Source of the DNA: an uncultured Candidatus Saccharibacteria bacterium | Lineage (GTDB): Bacteria; Patescibacteriota; Minisyncoccia; UBA10092 | DNA length: 57,838 bases | Assembly: GCA_964495505.1 (NCBI GenBank) | Contig: CAZBVM010000001.1 | Span: forward strand, 3,783 to 61,620 | Reading direction: 5' to 3' | Notes under the pieces: generated by a model | The model's input: the letters and a program-made list of their open reading frames with translations, nothing else | Told to the model about the DNA's origin: nothing | Databases searched by the model: none | Shown: piece after piece, positions 18,330 through 26,514 of the stretch | Layout of the letters: each line of letters begins with the position of its first letter | Numbering within the stretch: the first letter of the stretch is position 1 | Translations under genes and position numbers: made by a program

Positions 18330-18857
18330 GTGGCCGAACAAATAACCGTTCCTCTTGTAGGTCAGGAAATATATATTCCTTCGGCTCTTTATATATCTCA
18401 TGGAAGAGACGATATAATGGGTGGTCGCGTAGTTGTTACTAAAGTTATCCAGGAAAAACATGGCGATAGAATCGTGCACAGCATTCAAGTAACGGGATTT
18501 CCAAATATAACTTATTATTGGGAAAATGGTCTTGCACAACAGCAAGAAGATTTGCGAGAACAATTTGGCGATCAGTTGGCTCATCCCGACCCTGATAAAA
18601 GAGAAGAGTTTAATTCCCATTCAGTTATTACGCGCGATGTTATCCGGCGTTGGCTTACAGAGGGGAAAGAAAGAGGCGCCACACATGTTATTGTGGTTTC
18701 TGATACCTTTTATTATACTTACTGTCCGACTTATGTGATGCCCGGTGAAGACCCACGACAAAAAGCCAAAGAAGTTGGCTCTGTAAAAGAAGTTTACTCG
18801 CTATCGCGCGATATTGAATCACAACTCGCAGAAAATCGAGCATTTCATTACGATTGA
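18330..18857 (+). CDS. Hypothetical protein (orphan, 175 aa)
   Basis: GTG start after AAGGGGA, and its own terminator. No recognised domain. Confidence 0.5.
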   Translation: MAEQITVPLVGQEIYIPSALYISHGRDDIMGGRVVVTKVIQEKHGDRIVHSIQVTGFPNITYYWENGLAQQQEDLREQFGDQLAHPDPDKREEFNSHSVITRDVIRRWLTEGKERGATHVIVVSDTFYYTYCPTYVMPGEDPRQKAKEVGSVKEVYSLSRDIESQLAENRAFHYD

Positions 18858-18881
18858 TTTTTTATTAGTTAATCATTTCGA

Positions 18882-18914
18882 CCACAGGATTCAATACAAG
18901 CCTGTGGTTTTTTT
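18882..18914 (+). terminator. Rho-independent terminator of the 175-aa ORF
   Basis: ccacagg-attcaatacaag-cctgtgg followed by ttttttt. Confidence 0.7.
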
Positions 18915-18930
18915 ATCTTTCAATTTTCAT

Positions 18931-18970
18931 TTTTCGGAAATCAGCAACGATCGTTCGGATATTACGAAAA
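18931..18970 (+). repeat. Conserved 40-nt box, copy 1
   Basis: ttttcggaaatcagcaacgatcgttcggatattacgaaaa. Copies are at 33999-34038 (inverted) and 53563-53602. The centre is the palindrome AACGATCGTT (CAACGATCGTTG in copies 2 and 3) and the ends are inverted (TTTTCG...CGAAAA). Confidence 0.9.
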
Positions 18971-18986
18971 TTAAAAATTAAAAATT

Positions 18987-19016
18987 ATAATAAATTAGCT
19001 ATAGCTAATTTATTAT
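18987..19016. repeat. Perfect 30-bp palindrome, copy 1
   Basis: ataataaattagctatagctaatttattat. It follows (AAAAATT)~3. Confidence 0.95.
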
Positions 19017-19019
19017 ATA

Positions 19020-19076
19020 AGCGCGGTTTTTTACACTAAAACCGGCGAAATGCTCGGCGGTGGAATTATTGAATAA
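19020..19076 (+). pseudogene. Orphaned, diverged duplicate of the mnmA 3' end
   Basis: It encodes SAVFYTKTGEMLGGGIIE*, against SAVFYTKNDTMLGGGVIDR* at 18204-18263. 13 of 18 residues are identical and 6 differences are synonymous. There is no upstream coding continuity. Confidence 0.7.
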
Positions 19077-19166
19077 GTTTAATTTTAATTTGACAGATAT
19101 TTTTGTTTATTGTAGCATACTAAATATTAATTTTTTTGGTCTTTTTATTTATAAAAGGAGGCACAA

Positions 19167-19481
19167 ATGTTCTACTGGCTGTTTGGTAAGCGCAATAGAG
19201 CCATTAGCGCATTAAAAACAGAATTAAAAAAAGAAGATTTTGGTGTAAAATATCCACCCGATGAATCTACAATAGAGTACAAAGTTGGGGCTGAAATTTG
19301 GGTGCCAATGCCTGAGAAAGCTACCGCTGAAGATCGTACTAATAATTTAAATAGAATTCGTGCAATAAATGAAAAAATTGCCATACTATTTGGTCTTGTT
19401 GCTGTAGGCAGAGGTCCGGTTCTGTTAGAAAATGCTCTTTATTTCGCTTGTTGCGGCTTTAGAAGAAAGCCGCTTACATAA
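19167..19481 (+). CDS. Hypothetical protein (orphan, 104 aa)
   Basis: ATG lies 6 nt after AAAGGAGG. It has its own terminator. Confidence 0.5.
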   Translation: MFYWLFGKRNRAISALKTELKKEDFGVKYPPDESTIEYKVGAEIWVPMPEKATAEDRTNNLNRIRAINEKIAILFGLVAVGRGPVLLENALYFACCGFRRKPLT

Positions 19482-19511
19482 CAAACTTTCGATTATACCG
19501 TCTGGGTTCAT

Positions 19512-19538
19512 CCACTGGGTTTACCCAGCGGTTTTTTT
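19512..19538 (+). terminator. Rho-independent terminator of the 104-aa ORF
   Basis: ccactggg-ttta-cccagcgg followed by ttttttt. Confidence 0.6.
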
Positions 19539-19636
19539 ATTTCAAATTAATATCCATGTCACATCATTTGTCCGATCGGACAAATAGTGTTACGCTTTGT
19601 TGATTTTTCTGTTATAAATCTGATAAAATTAGTCGC

Positions 19637-21406
19637 ATGACTTCTAAAGAAATAAGGGAAAAATTTTTAGAATTTTTTGAAAAGAGGGGACATAAAGTCG
19701 TTCCGGCTTCTTCGCTTGTGCCGGAGGGCGATCCGTCGGTGCTTTTAACGACCGCCGGAATGCAACAATTCAAGCCGTATTTTACCGGTGACAAAGATCC
19801 AATGACAGATTTTGGTTCGCGGAGGACAGTTTCAATACAAAAATCTTTTCGCACCTCCGATATTGATGAGGTGGGAGACGAGTCGCATCTTACGTTCTTT
19901 CAAATGTTAGGCCAGTTTTCCTTCGGCGATTATTTTAAAAAAGAAACTATTGAGTGGACTTTTGAATTGCTAACTAAAATTTTTAGAATTGCCGAAGAAC
20001 GAATATCGGTTTCGGTTTTTGAAGGGGATAAAAAAATTCCTAAAGACCAAGAATCGTATGACGCTTGGTTGCGATTTTTGCCATCAGATAGAATAAAACT
20101 TGGGACAAGAGAAGAAGGTAATGTTTGGGGTCCGGCCGGGCCGGAAGGCCCATGTGGTGCCTCAAATGAGGTTTACGTTGATAATCTTGAAGTGGCGACG
20201 CTCGTGTTTATGGAATATTATTGCAAAAGCGATGGAAAAATTTCTCCATTGCCCAAAAAGGGAGTTGATGTCGGTTGGGGATTTGAGCGGCTTACTAAAG
20301 TAGTCCAAAACACGCCAACAATTTTTGAAACCGATTTATTTGAACCCCTCATTCAGGCAATCCCTCATAAAGATATAGAAAATGAAGCGCGTTCAGTTAG
20401 AATCATTGCCGATCATATAAGAGCCGCTAATTTTCTTATTGCCGATGGAGTTTTACCGTCTAATATGGCCCAAGGTTATATTTTGCGCCGACTTTTGCGT
20501 CGCGCCATTCGCCATGGCCTTATTTTAAATCTTGATAAAAACTTTTTAATTCCTTTATCGCAAAAAGTTATAGAAATATATAAAGAATTTTATCCTGAAT
20601 TATCTATTAAAAATAATGATATTCTAACAGTTATAGAAAAAGAAGAAGAAAAATTTAGGAAAACTCTCAAAAACGGATTAAGAGAGCTCGAAAAAATACT
20701 GAAAACAAGAACTGATAAAATAATTTCAGGGAACGACGCTTTTTATCTTTACGAGAGCTATGGCTTTCCAATGGAGCTGACGCGGGAATTGGCAACAGAA
20801 AGAGGATTTTCCATTGACGAATCTGGTTGGGAAACCGCGCTTAAAAAACACCAGGAAATTTCCCGTGCCGGAGCAGGAAAGAAGTTTGGCGGCCATGGAC
20901 TTATACAAAATACAAAATACAAAATACAAAATACAAACCAAAAAGATGTTGAAAAAATTACGCGACTCCATACCGCAACCCATCTTTTGCATCAGGCGCT
21001 TCATGATGTTTTGGGGAAAGAGGCGGATGTCAAACAAATGGGATCAGACATTACGCCGGAGCGCACCCGTTTTGATTTTACTTTTCAGAGAAAATTGACG
21101 GTGGAAGAAATTAAAAAAATTGAAAATATCGTCAATGAAAAAATAAAAATGAATTTGCCAGTTTACGCGCAAAAAATGCCTAAAGAAAGAGCTCTAAAAT
21201 TAGAGGCCAGGGCATTTTTTAAAGAAAAATATCCTGATGAGGTCAATGTTTATTCCGTTGGCGATTCAGATTTAAGCAAGGCCTACTCAAAAGAATTTTG
21301 CGATGGGCCGCATGTTAAGGGTACCGGCGAAATCGGCCGTTTTAAAATTATAAAAGAAGAATCTTCCAGCGACGGGGTAAGAAGAATTAGGGCTGTTGTG
21401 GAATGA
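19637..21406 (+). CDS. alaS: Alanine--tRNA ligase (short form, ends after editing domain)
   Basis: FLEFFEKRGHKVVPASSLVP, FFQMLGQFSFGDYFK, GPCGASNE, editing HTATHLLH and CDGPHV. Contains an (ATACAAA)5 insert. Confidence 0.93.
   Translation: MTSKEIREKFLEFFEKRGHKVVPASSLVPEGDPSVLLTTAGMQQFKPYFTGDKDPMTDFGSRRTVSIQKSFRTSDIDEVGDESHLTFFQMLGQFSFGDYFKKETIEWTFELLTKIFRIAEERISVSVFEGDKKIPKDQESYDAWLRFLPSDRIKLGTREEGNVWGPAGPEGPCGASNEVYVDNLEVATLVFMEYYCKSDGKISPLPKKGVDVGWGFERLTKVVQNTPTIFETDLFEPLIQAIPHKDIENEARSVRIIADHIRAANFLIADGVLPSNMAQGYILRRLLRRAIRHGLILNLDKNFLIPLSQKVIEIYKEFYPELSIKNNDILTVIEKEEEKFRKTLKNGLRELEKILKTRTDKIISGNDAFYLYESYGFPMELTRELATERGFSIDESGWETALKKHQEISRAGAGKKFGGHGLIQNTKYKIQNTNQKDVEKITRLHTATHLLHQALHDVLGKEADVKQMGSDITPERTRFDFTFQRKLTVEEIKKIENIVNEKIKMNLPVYAQKMPKERALKLEARAFFKEKYPDEVNVYSVGDSDLSKAYSKEFCDGPHVKGTGEIGRFKIIKEESSSDGVRRIRAVVE
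20903..20937 (+). repeat. (ATACAAA)x5 tandem heptamer inside alaS
   Basis: Encodes IQNTKYKIQNT. Same unit as 4963-4990. Confidence 0.95.
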
Positions 21407-21434
21407 TAATTGAAAATGTGTTAAAATATCATCA

Positions 21435-23090
21435 ATGTCTCAAGGTTTTGAAATAATTAGAGCGAGAATTAAAGATGGCGCTGTCATTTTGATCAATCGT
21501 CTGATGCGGTCAAAACAACAGGAAGTTGTTTTGGTTTTACCGAAAAATTCCATTATTGCTGCCGATTTAAATTCTCTCAAAATTTTAAAAGAAGAGGCCG
21601 AAAGTATTGGAAAGATATTGTCGCTCAGCACTGAAAATAACGAAATAAAGTCATTTGCCAAAAAAATAAAAATGTTGATTTATGACCCTTCTGATAAAGA
21701 TGAAAAACAAGCAAAATCTAATAAAAAAATAAAAATCATGATGGACATTTTGCCGCCATCTTTTAATCGGGCGCCGGAAGAGGATAACATTTCAGAAAAA
21801 GAAGAGCACGCCGTTTTAGAAGAGCCGATTATCTATGAAGCAGCGAGTCGTGATTCAGATTTAGAAAAAAATCTTGAAAATTTCTATAACAGCAAACCGC
21901 GTCTGTCGGCCATGCCTACCGTCAGGCAGGCAGGCAGGTGGCACAGTTTTTATTTAAATCACACCTTGCCTACCGGCAGGCAGGCAATATCCCTTTTTTT
22001 CATCAGCGGACTTTTGCTATTTGGAGCAACAATGTATCTGATTTTACCAAAAGCCGACCTAAGGATTTCTTTAAAGGAAATCTCGCTTAAAGCCCAGATT
22101 CCCATTGCCGTAAGCAAAAATATAAGTTCTTCTAATTTAGCAAGCGGCATTATACCTGGCCAATATTTTTCATTAAATAAAACTGGTTCAAAAATAATAG
22201 AAGGCCATCCTAAAATCGGCGGCGTTATAGAAATTTACAACGCTTACAGTGCTGTCTCTCAAAAATTAATCGCAGAAACGCGATTTGAAACAAAAGACGG
22301 AAAAATTTTCCGAATTAAAAATCCAGTTATTGTTCCAGGTGCAAAAATGTTAGACAGTAAATTAGTACCCAGCTCTATTAAAGCGGAAGTTATTGGCGAA
22401 AGTACCTCCGATGAATATTTAATCGGCCCGTCGTATTTTACTATCCCCGGTTTTAAAGAAACGCCTAAGTATGCCGGTTTTTACGCTAAAAGTATTGAAC
22501 CAATGGCAATTTTAGGAAATACTTTTATAAGCGAAGAAGAGTTAGAAAAAAATAAAAATGAGCTTAAAGACAAATTAGCGCAGGAATTAAAATCAGATAT
22601 TCTGGGTACGCTGAAAGATTCAGATTTAAAATTACTTGATGGCGCTTCTGTAATTAAAATTGATTATTTTAAAATTAACGTCAACAAGGTTAACGTTAAT
22701 GAAAAATCTCTTGACATGAAAATTACCTGGCAAGCCCTGTTTTTTAAAGAAAGGGACTTAAAAACAGTAATTAATTATTTTATATCAAACCACTATTCGG
22801 ACTTAAAAAATTTTATTTTTGAAGATAAAATCGAGTATCCAAAAGCCAGCCGTGTTGATTTTAAAAAAGGAGAATTATTTTTTACATTTAATATTGATAA
22901 AAACAATGCTTTACCATTTGATCTTGACAGTTTAAAAAAGGAATTAGCCGGACGCAATGAAAACGGAATGAGAACAATTATTTCTGATAAAACTTATATC
23001 AACAGCGCTTCTATTTCTCTTTGGCCGTTTTGGGTGAGTCGCGCACCAAACAACCTAAAAAAGATTAATATTACTATTGACAACAAATAA
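21435..23090 (+). CDS. Hypothetical membrane protein (551 aa, single central TM)
   Basis: Long uninterrupted ORF with TM segment [20 protein letters not shown]. No family recognised. Confidence 0.6.
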   Translation: MSQGFEIIRARIKDGAVILINRLMRSKQQEVVLVLPKNSIIAADLNSLKILKEEAESIGKILSLSTENNEIKSFAKKIKMLIYDPSDKDEKQAKSNKKIKIMMDILPPSFNRAPEEDNISEKEEHAVLEEPIIYEAASRDSDLEKNLENFYNSKPRLSAMPTVRQAGRWHSFYLNHTLPTGRQAISLFFISGLLLFGATMYLILPKADLRISLKEISLKAQIPIAVSKNISSSNLASGIIPGQYFSLNKTGSKIIEGHPKIGGVIEIYNAYSAVSQKLIAETRFETKDGKIFRIKNPVIVPGAKMLDSKLVPSSIKAEVIGESTSDEYLIGPSYFTIPGFKETPKYAGFYAKSIEPMAILGNTFISEEELEKNKNELKDKLAQELKSDILGTLKDSDLKLLDGASVIKIDYFKINVNKVNVNEKSLDMKITWQALFFKERDLKTVINYFISNHYSDLKNFIFEDKIEYPKASRVDFKKGELFFTFNIDKNNALPFDLDSLKKELAGRNENGMRTIISDKTYINSASISLWPFWVSRAPNNLKKINITIDNK

Positions 23091-23095
23091 TTATT

Positions 23096-23308
23096 GTGAT
23101 AGATAATAAAAGATTAGTACTTACGGGTTCTATTACGGAGGCCTTACCAAATACAACATTTAGGGTTAAATTAGAAGACAGCTCGGAAATTTTAGCCCAT
23201 TTATCGGGTAAAATGCGGCTGAATTTTATTCGTGTTTTGGTTGGTGACCAGGTGGAGGTTGAACTATCGTCTGATAAAAGACGGGGTCGGATAATAAGAC
23301 GATTATGA
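23096..23308 (+). CDS. infA: Translation initiation factor IF-1
   Basis: GTG start. G.I.EALPN..FRV.LE......AH.SGKMR.NFIR.L.GD.V.VELS..D..RGRI..R. Confidence 0.93.
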   Translation: MIDNKRLVLTGSITEALPNTTFRVKLEDSSEILAHLSGKMRLNFIRVLVGDQVEVELSSDKRRGRIIRRL

Positions 23309-23418
23309 AAGTGAGAGCAAGTGTTAAAAAAATTTGCGCTAAATGCAAAATCATTCGCCGTGAGAGGCGTCTTTATGTTGTTTGCTTAAATCCAAAACAT
23401 AAACAGAGACAAGGTTGA
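23305..23418 (+). CDS. rpmJ: 50S ribosomal protein L36
   Basis: Not in the ORF track (37 aa). [41 protein letters not shown] overlap with infA. Confidence 0.9.
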   Translation: MKVRASVKKICAKCKIIRRERRLYVVCLNPKHKQRQG

Positions 23419-23560
23419 AGCGAGCCCCGCACAACAACAAGTTGTATGCGGGGCGAGCAAGCGAGCTTCAACGGGTTGCCTGAAAATTTTTAGTAGCGAA
23501 GCGGGAAAAAAATTTTCTGTCAACACAGTAAACATATGATAAATTATAATTTGTAAATAT

Positions 23561-23950
23561 ATGCCAAGAATTGCTGGAGTTAATATTCCGGAAAATAAAA
23601 AAATCATTGCTTCACTTGCGTATATTTATGGCATCGGTCGTCCTTTAGCGTCTAAAATTATAAAACATGTTAAAATTGATTCCGTTAAAAAAGCCAAAGA
23701 ATTAACCAACGAAGAGTTAACACGTTTAAAAGATTTTGTAGAAAAAAATTATAAAATTGAAGGAGATTTAAAAAGAATAATTCAAGGTAATATTAAAAGA
23801 TTGAAAGAAATTGGTGCCTACAAAGGTTATCGCCACAGCAGGGGATTGCCAGTAAGGGGACAGAGAACCCGGACAAATTCTAGAACCAGAAGGGGCAACG
23901 TAAGAAAAACTGCCGGCTCGGGTCGTAAAAAAGCAGCGGAAAAAACCTAA
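23561..23950 (+). CDS. rpsM: 30S ribosomal protein S13
   Basis: MPRIAGVNIPENKK...YGIG....I......L....L......Y..EGDL; canonical position in the cluster. Confidence 0.95.
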   Translation: MPRIAGVNIPENKKIIASLAYIYGIGRPLASKIIKHVKIDSVKKAKELTNEELTRLKDFVEKNYKIEGDLKRIIQGNIKRLKEIGAYKGYRHSRGLPVRGQRTRTNSRTRRGNVRKTAGSGRKKAAEKT

Positions 23951-24402
23951 TGGGAAAAAAGAAAATAAAAAAACAAACAGAAGCTGAACTTTTGAAAGAA
24001 AGCGAAAAATTGGGGGTTGAACAGACGGGTGTTATCAGCGGGAAAGCTGGTCGGCAAATTGTTAAGGGAAAAATTTATATACAAGCCAGCTATAATAACA
24101 CGACGATTGCGGTTACTGATGAGGGAGGTGGAGTTTTGGCATGGTCTTCGGCCGGAGCCCTTGGTTTTAACGGCCCTAAAAAAGCCACACCTTATGCCGC
24201 GGCCAAAGTGGCAGAAGCGATTTTAGAAAAAATTAAAAAAACAGGATTTTTAGAAGTTGAAATTTTTGTAAAAGGCATTGGTTCTGGACGAGAATCGGCT
24301 ATAAGAGCCCTTGCCAGCCACGGATTAAATATTGTGTCCATTAAAGATATAACCCCGATTCCTCATAATGGTCCTAGGCCCAAAAAAGTGAGAAGAGTAT
24401 GA
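23950..24402 (+). CDS. rpsK: 30S ribosomal protein S11
   Basis: IYIQASYNNTTIAVTDEGG..LAWSSAG..GF.G.KK.TPYAA; cluster order. Confidence 0.95.
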   Translation: MGKKKIKKQTEAELLKESEKLGVEQTGVISGKAGRQIVKGKIYIQASYNNTTIAVTDEGGGVLAWSSAGALGFNGPKKATPYAAAKVAEAILEKIKKTGFLEVEIFVKGIGSGRESAIRALASHGLNIVSIKDITPIPHNGPRPKKVRRV

Positions 24403-25025
24403 GATACACCGGACCAAAAGAAAAATTATCAAGAAAAGTCGGAGAAAATCTAGGCCTTAAAGCCGAGAGATCTTTTTCGCCTAAGTCATCTTTTCTGAAA
24501 AAACCTTATCGGCCGGGCCAACATGGGAAAGCTCGTCGGCGCGCCTTATCCGAATTCGGGACGCAACTTTTGGAAAAACAAAAGATAAAATTTACCTACG
24601 GTATAAGCGAGAAACAACTTAAAAAGTGTTTTAATGAAGCCAAGCAGCTTAAGGGCATAACAGGCAATTTAATACTAAGCGCTTTAGAACGACGTTTTGA
24701 TAATGTAATTTACAGAAGCGGCTTTGTCGGATCAAGAAATATATCGCGGCAGCTGGTAGGTCACGGCCATTTTTTGATTAATAATAGAAAAGTTACCATT
24801 CCGTCATACCAAGTTAAAATTGGCGATACCATAAGCATAAAACCACGAAGTAAGCCCAAACAAATATTTTTTGATTTAATAAATAAATTAAAAAAACACG
24901 AGATGCCCTCTTGGATGGAAGTTGATAAAAAAAATTTAGAAATAAAAATAAATAACGAACCTGGCAATAATGATTTGCCGAAAAATTTCAACATAAACGC
25001 AATCACTGCTTTTTATTCAAAATAA
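24399..25025 (+). CDS. rpsD: 30S ribosomal protein S4
   Basis: MRYTGPK.K.SR..G.NL...YRPGQHG, plus the S4 domain LERRLDNV-like ALERRFDNVIYR. Confidence 0.95.
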   Translation: MRYTGPKEKLSRKVGENLGLKAERSFSPKSSFLKKPYRPGQHGKARRRALSEFGTQLLEKQKIKFTYGISEKQLKKCFNEAKQLKGITGNLILSALERRFDNVIYRSGFVGSRNISRQLVGHGHFLINNRKVTIPSYQVKIGDTISIKPRSKPKQIFFDLINKLKKHEMPSWMEVDKKNLEIKINNEPGNNDLPKNFNINAITAFYSK

Positions 25026-25042
25026 AAATTAACATTAATTTT

Positions 25043-26005
25043 ATGAATACAAATATTTCTTTGCCAAAAACACCGAGATTGATAGAACAAATTTCTAAAA
25101 ACAGAGCCATTTTTGAAATAGAAGAGCTTTATCCCGGATATGGCTTGACTTTAGGCAACGCTTTGCGCCGCGTAATATTATCGTCTCTTTCCGGAGCGGC
25201 TGTAACATCTGTAAAAATAAAAGATGTTAATCACGAATTTTCCACTATTCCCGGCGTTTTGGAAGATGTTGTTGAAATAATTCTGAATTTAAAACAGATA
25301 AGATTTAAGGTTTATGATGAAACGCCGCAGACTATCATCTTAAAAGCTAGGGGCGAAAAAGAAGTTAAAGCCGGCGATATAAAACTACCATCGCAAGTTG
25401 AAATCGCGAATCCCGACGCCTTGATTGCCACGCTTACTTCTAAAAACGCTTCTTTAGAAATAGAAATTCAAGTTGAAAGAGGTCTTGGCTACTCCGAACG
25501 GGAAACCCGCAAAAAGGATAAACAAGAAATAGGCAGTATTGCAGTTGACGCTATTTTTACGCCCATTAAAATGATTAATTATGACGTTGAAGATATGCGC
25601 GTTGGCGATAAAACTAACTATAATAGATTAAAGTTTGACATTGAAACCGATGGCACGATAACTCCTACCGAAGCTCTTATAAGCGCTGCTCAAATTTTAA
25701 TTGAGCAATTTCATGTTATTACCGCTCCAGTGGGCAAAGTTGAAAAAGTTGAACGTAAAGAAGAAATTAAGGAAAAGTTAGTTGAGAAGGAAAAAGAAGA
25801 AGACGTAACAAAAAATAAAATAGAAGACCTTAAACTTTCAAATCGCGCCCAAAACATTCTCTTGGATAGTCGCATAAAAACTATTGCAGGACTTCTGCGG
25901 CTGAAAGAACGTGATTTACTAGAACTTGAAGGTTTAGGCAAACATGCGGTAAAAGAAATAAAAAAGGCATTAGGTAAACTTGGTTTAACCTTAAAACAGG
26001 AATAA
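25043..26005 (+). CDS. rpoA: DNA-directed RNA polymerase subunit alpha
   Basis: GYGLTLGNALRRVLLSS-like motif, and C-terminal CTD with LSNRAQNILLDSRIKTIAGLL. Confidence 0.95.
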   Translation: MNTNISLPKTPRLIEQISKNRAIFEIEELYPGYGLTLGNALRRVILSSLSGAAVTSVKIKDVNHEFSTIPGVLEDVVEIILNLKQIRFKVYDETPQTIILKARGEKEVKAGDIKLPSQVEIANPDALIATLTSKNASLEIEIQVERGLGYSERETRKKDKQEIGSIAVDAIFTPIKMINYDVEDMRVGDKTNYNRLKFDIETDGTITPTEALISAAQILIEQFHVITAPVGKVEKVERKEEIKEKLVEKEKEEDVTKNKIEDLKLSNRAQNILLDSRIKTIAGLLRLKERDLLELEGLGKHAVKEIKKALGKLGLTLKQE

Positions 26006-26008
26006 TGA

Positions 26009-26151
26009 CCCAGTAATACAACTTGCCGATCGGCTCGCCGCAAAATACATAATCCAACCAAAATATGATTATACTAACTAATAAGTTAATAATTAACAAA
26101 GAATCAATATTGCTCGCCGTAATTTTGCGTGCGGCAAGTTGATATACTGGG
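26009..26151. repeat. 143-bp element bounded by about 20-bp terminal inverted repeats, filling the rpoA-rplQ spacer
   Basis: cccagtaatacaacttgccg (26009-26028) pairs with cggcaagttgatatactggg (26132-26151). A second pairing is cgcaaaat with attttgcg. The interior is AT-rich. Confidence 0.8.
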
Positions 26152-26502
26152 ATGAAACATTTAAGAAAACATCGAAAATTTGGAAGACCCGCTGATTACA
26201 GAAAAACTTTTTTAGGAAATCTGATTAACGGTTTGATTTTAAAAGAGCGCATAAGAACAACCGAAGCTAGGGCAAAAGAAATTAGACCTATGATTGAAAA
26301 AGCCATTACCAGAGCGAAAGTTGAAAATTTGGCAAACCGCCGATTATTGCTTAAAAAATTGAATTTAAAGTCGGTAAATAAATTATTTAAAGATTTATCA
26401 CCGCGTTTTACAGAGCAAGGCGGTGGTTACTGTAGGATAATAAAATTAGGAGCTAGAAAAAATGATGGCGCAAAAATGGCAATTATAGAAATAATTAAAT
26501 GA
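26152..26502 (+). CDS. rplQ: 50S ribosomal protein L17
   Basis: MKHLRKHRKFGRPADYRK.....L...L..ERI.TT.A.AKE.RP; follows rpoA. Confidence 0.95.
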   Translation: MKHLRKHRKFGRPADYRKTFLGNLINGLILKERIRTTEARAKEIRPMIEKAITRAKVENLANRRLLLKKLNLKSVNKLFKDLSPRFTEQGGGYCRIIKLGARKNDGAKMAIIEIIK

Positions 26503-26514
26503 AATATAGCTTTT

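Noticed and set aside
18931-18970. The 40-nt box could be an integron attC site.
   Set aside because: There is no intI, Pc or attI, the copies are dispersed rather than arrayed, and the AAC/GTT halves are 4 nt apart rather than separated like the R''/R' sites of attC. Only the cassette logic is analogous.
19482-19636. T-box or riboswitch leaders could lie upstream of alaS, proS, lysS or serS.
   Set aside because: The upstream spacers are too short (155, 132, 12 and 6 nt), and I could not see a specifier/antiterminator architecture or a T-box sequence.
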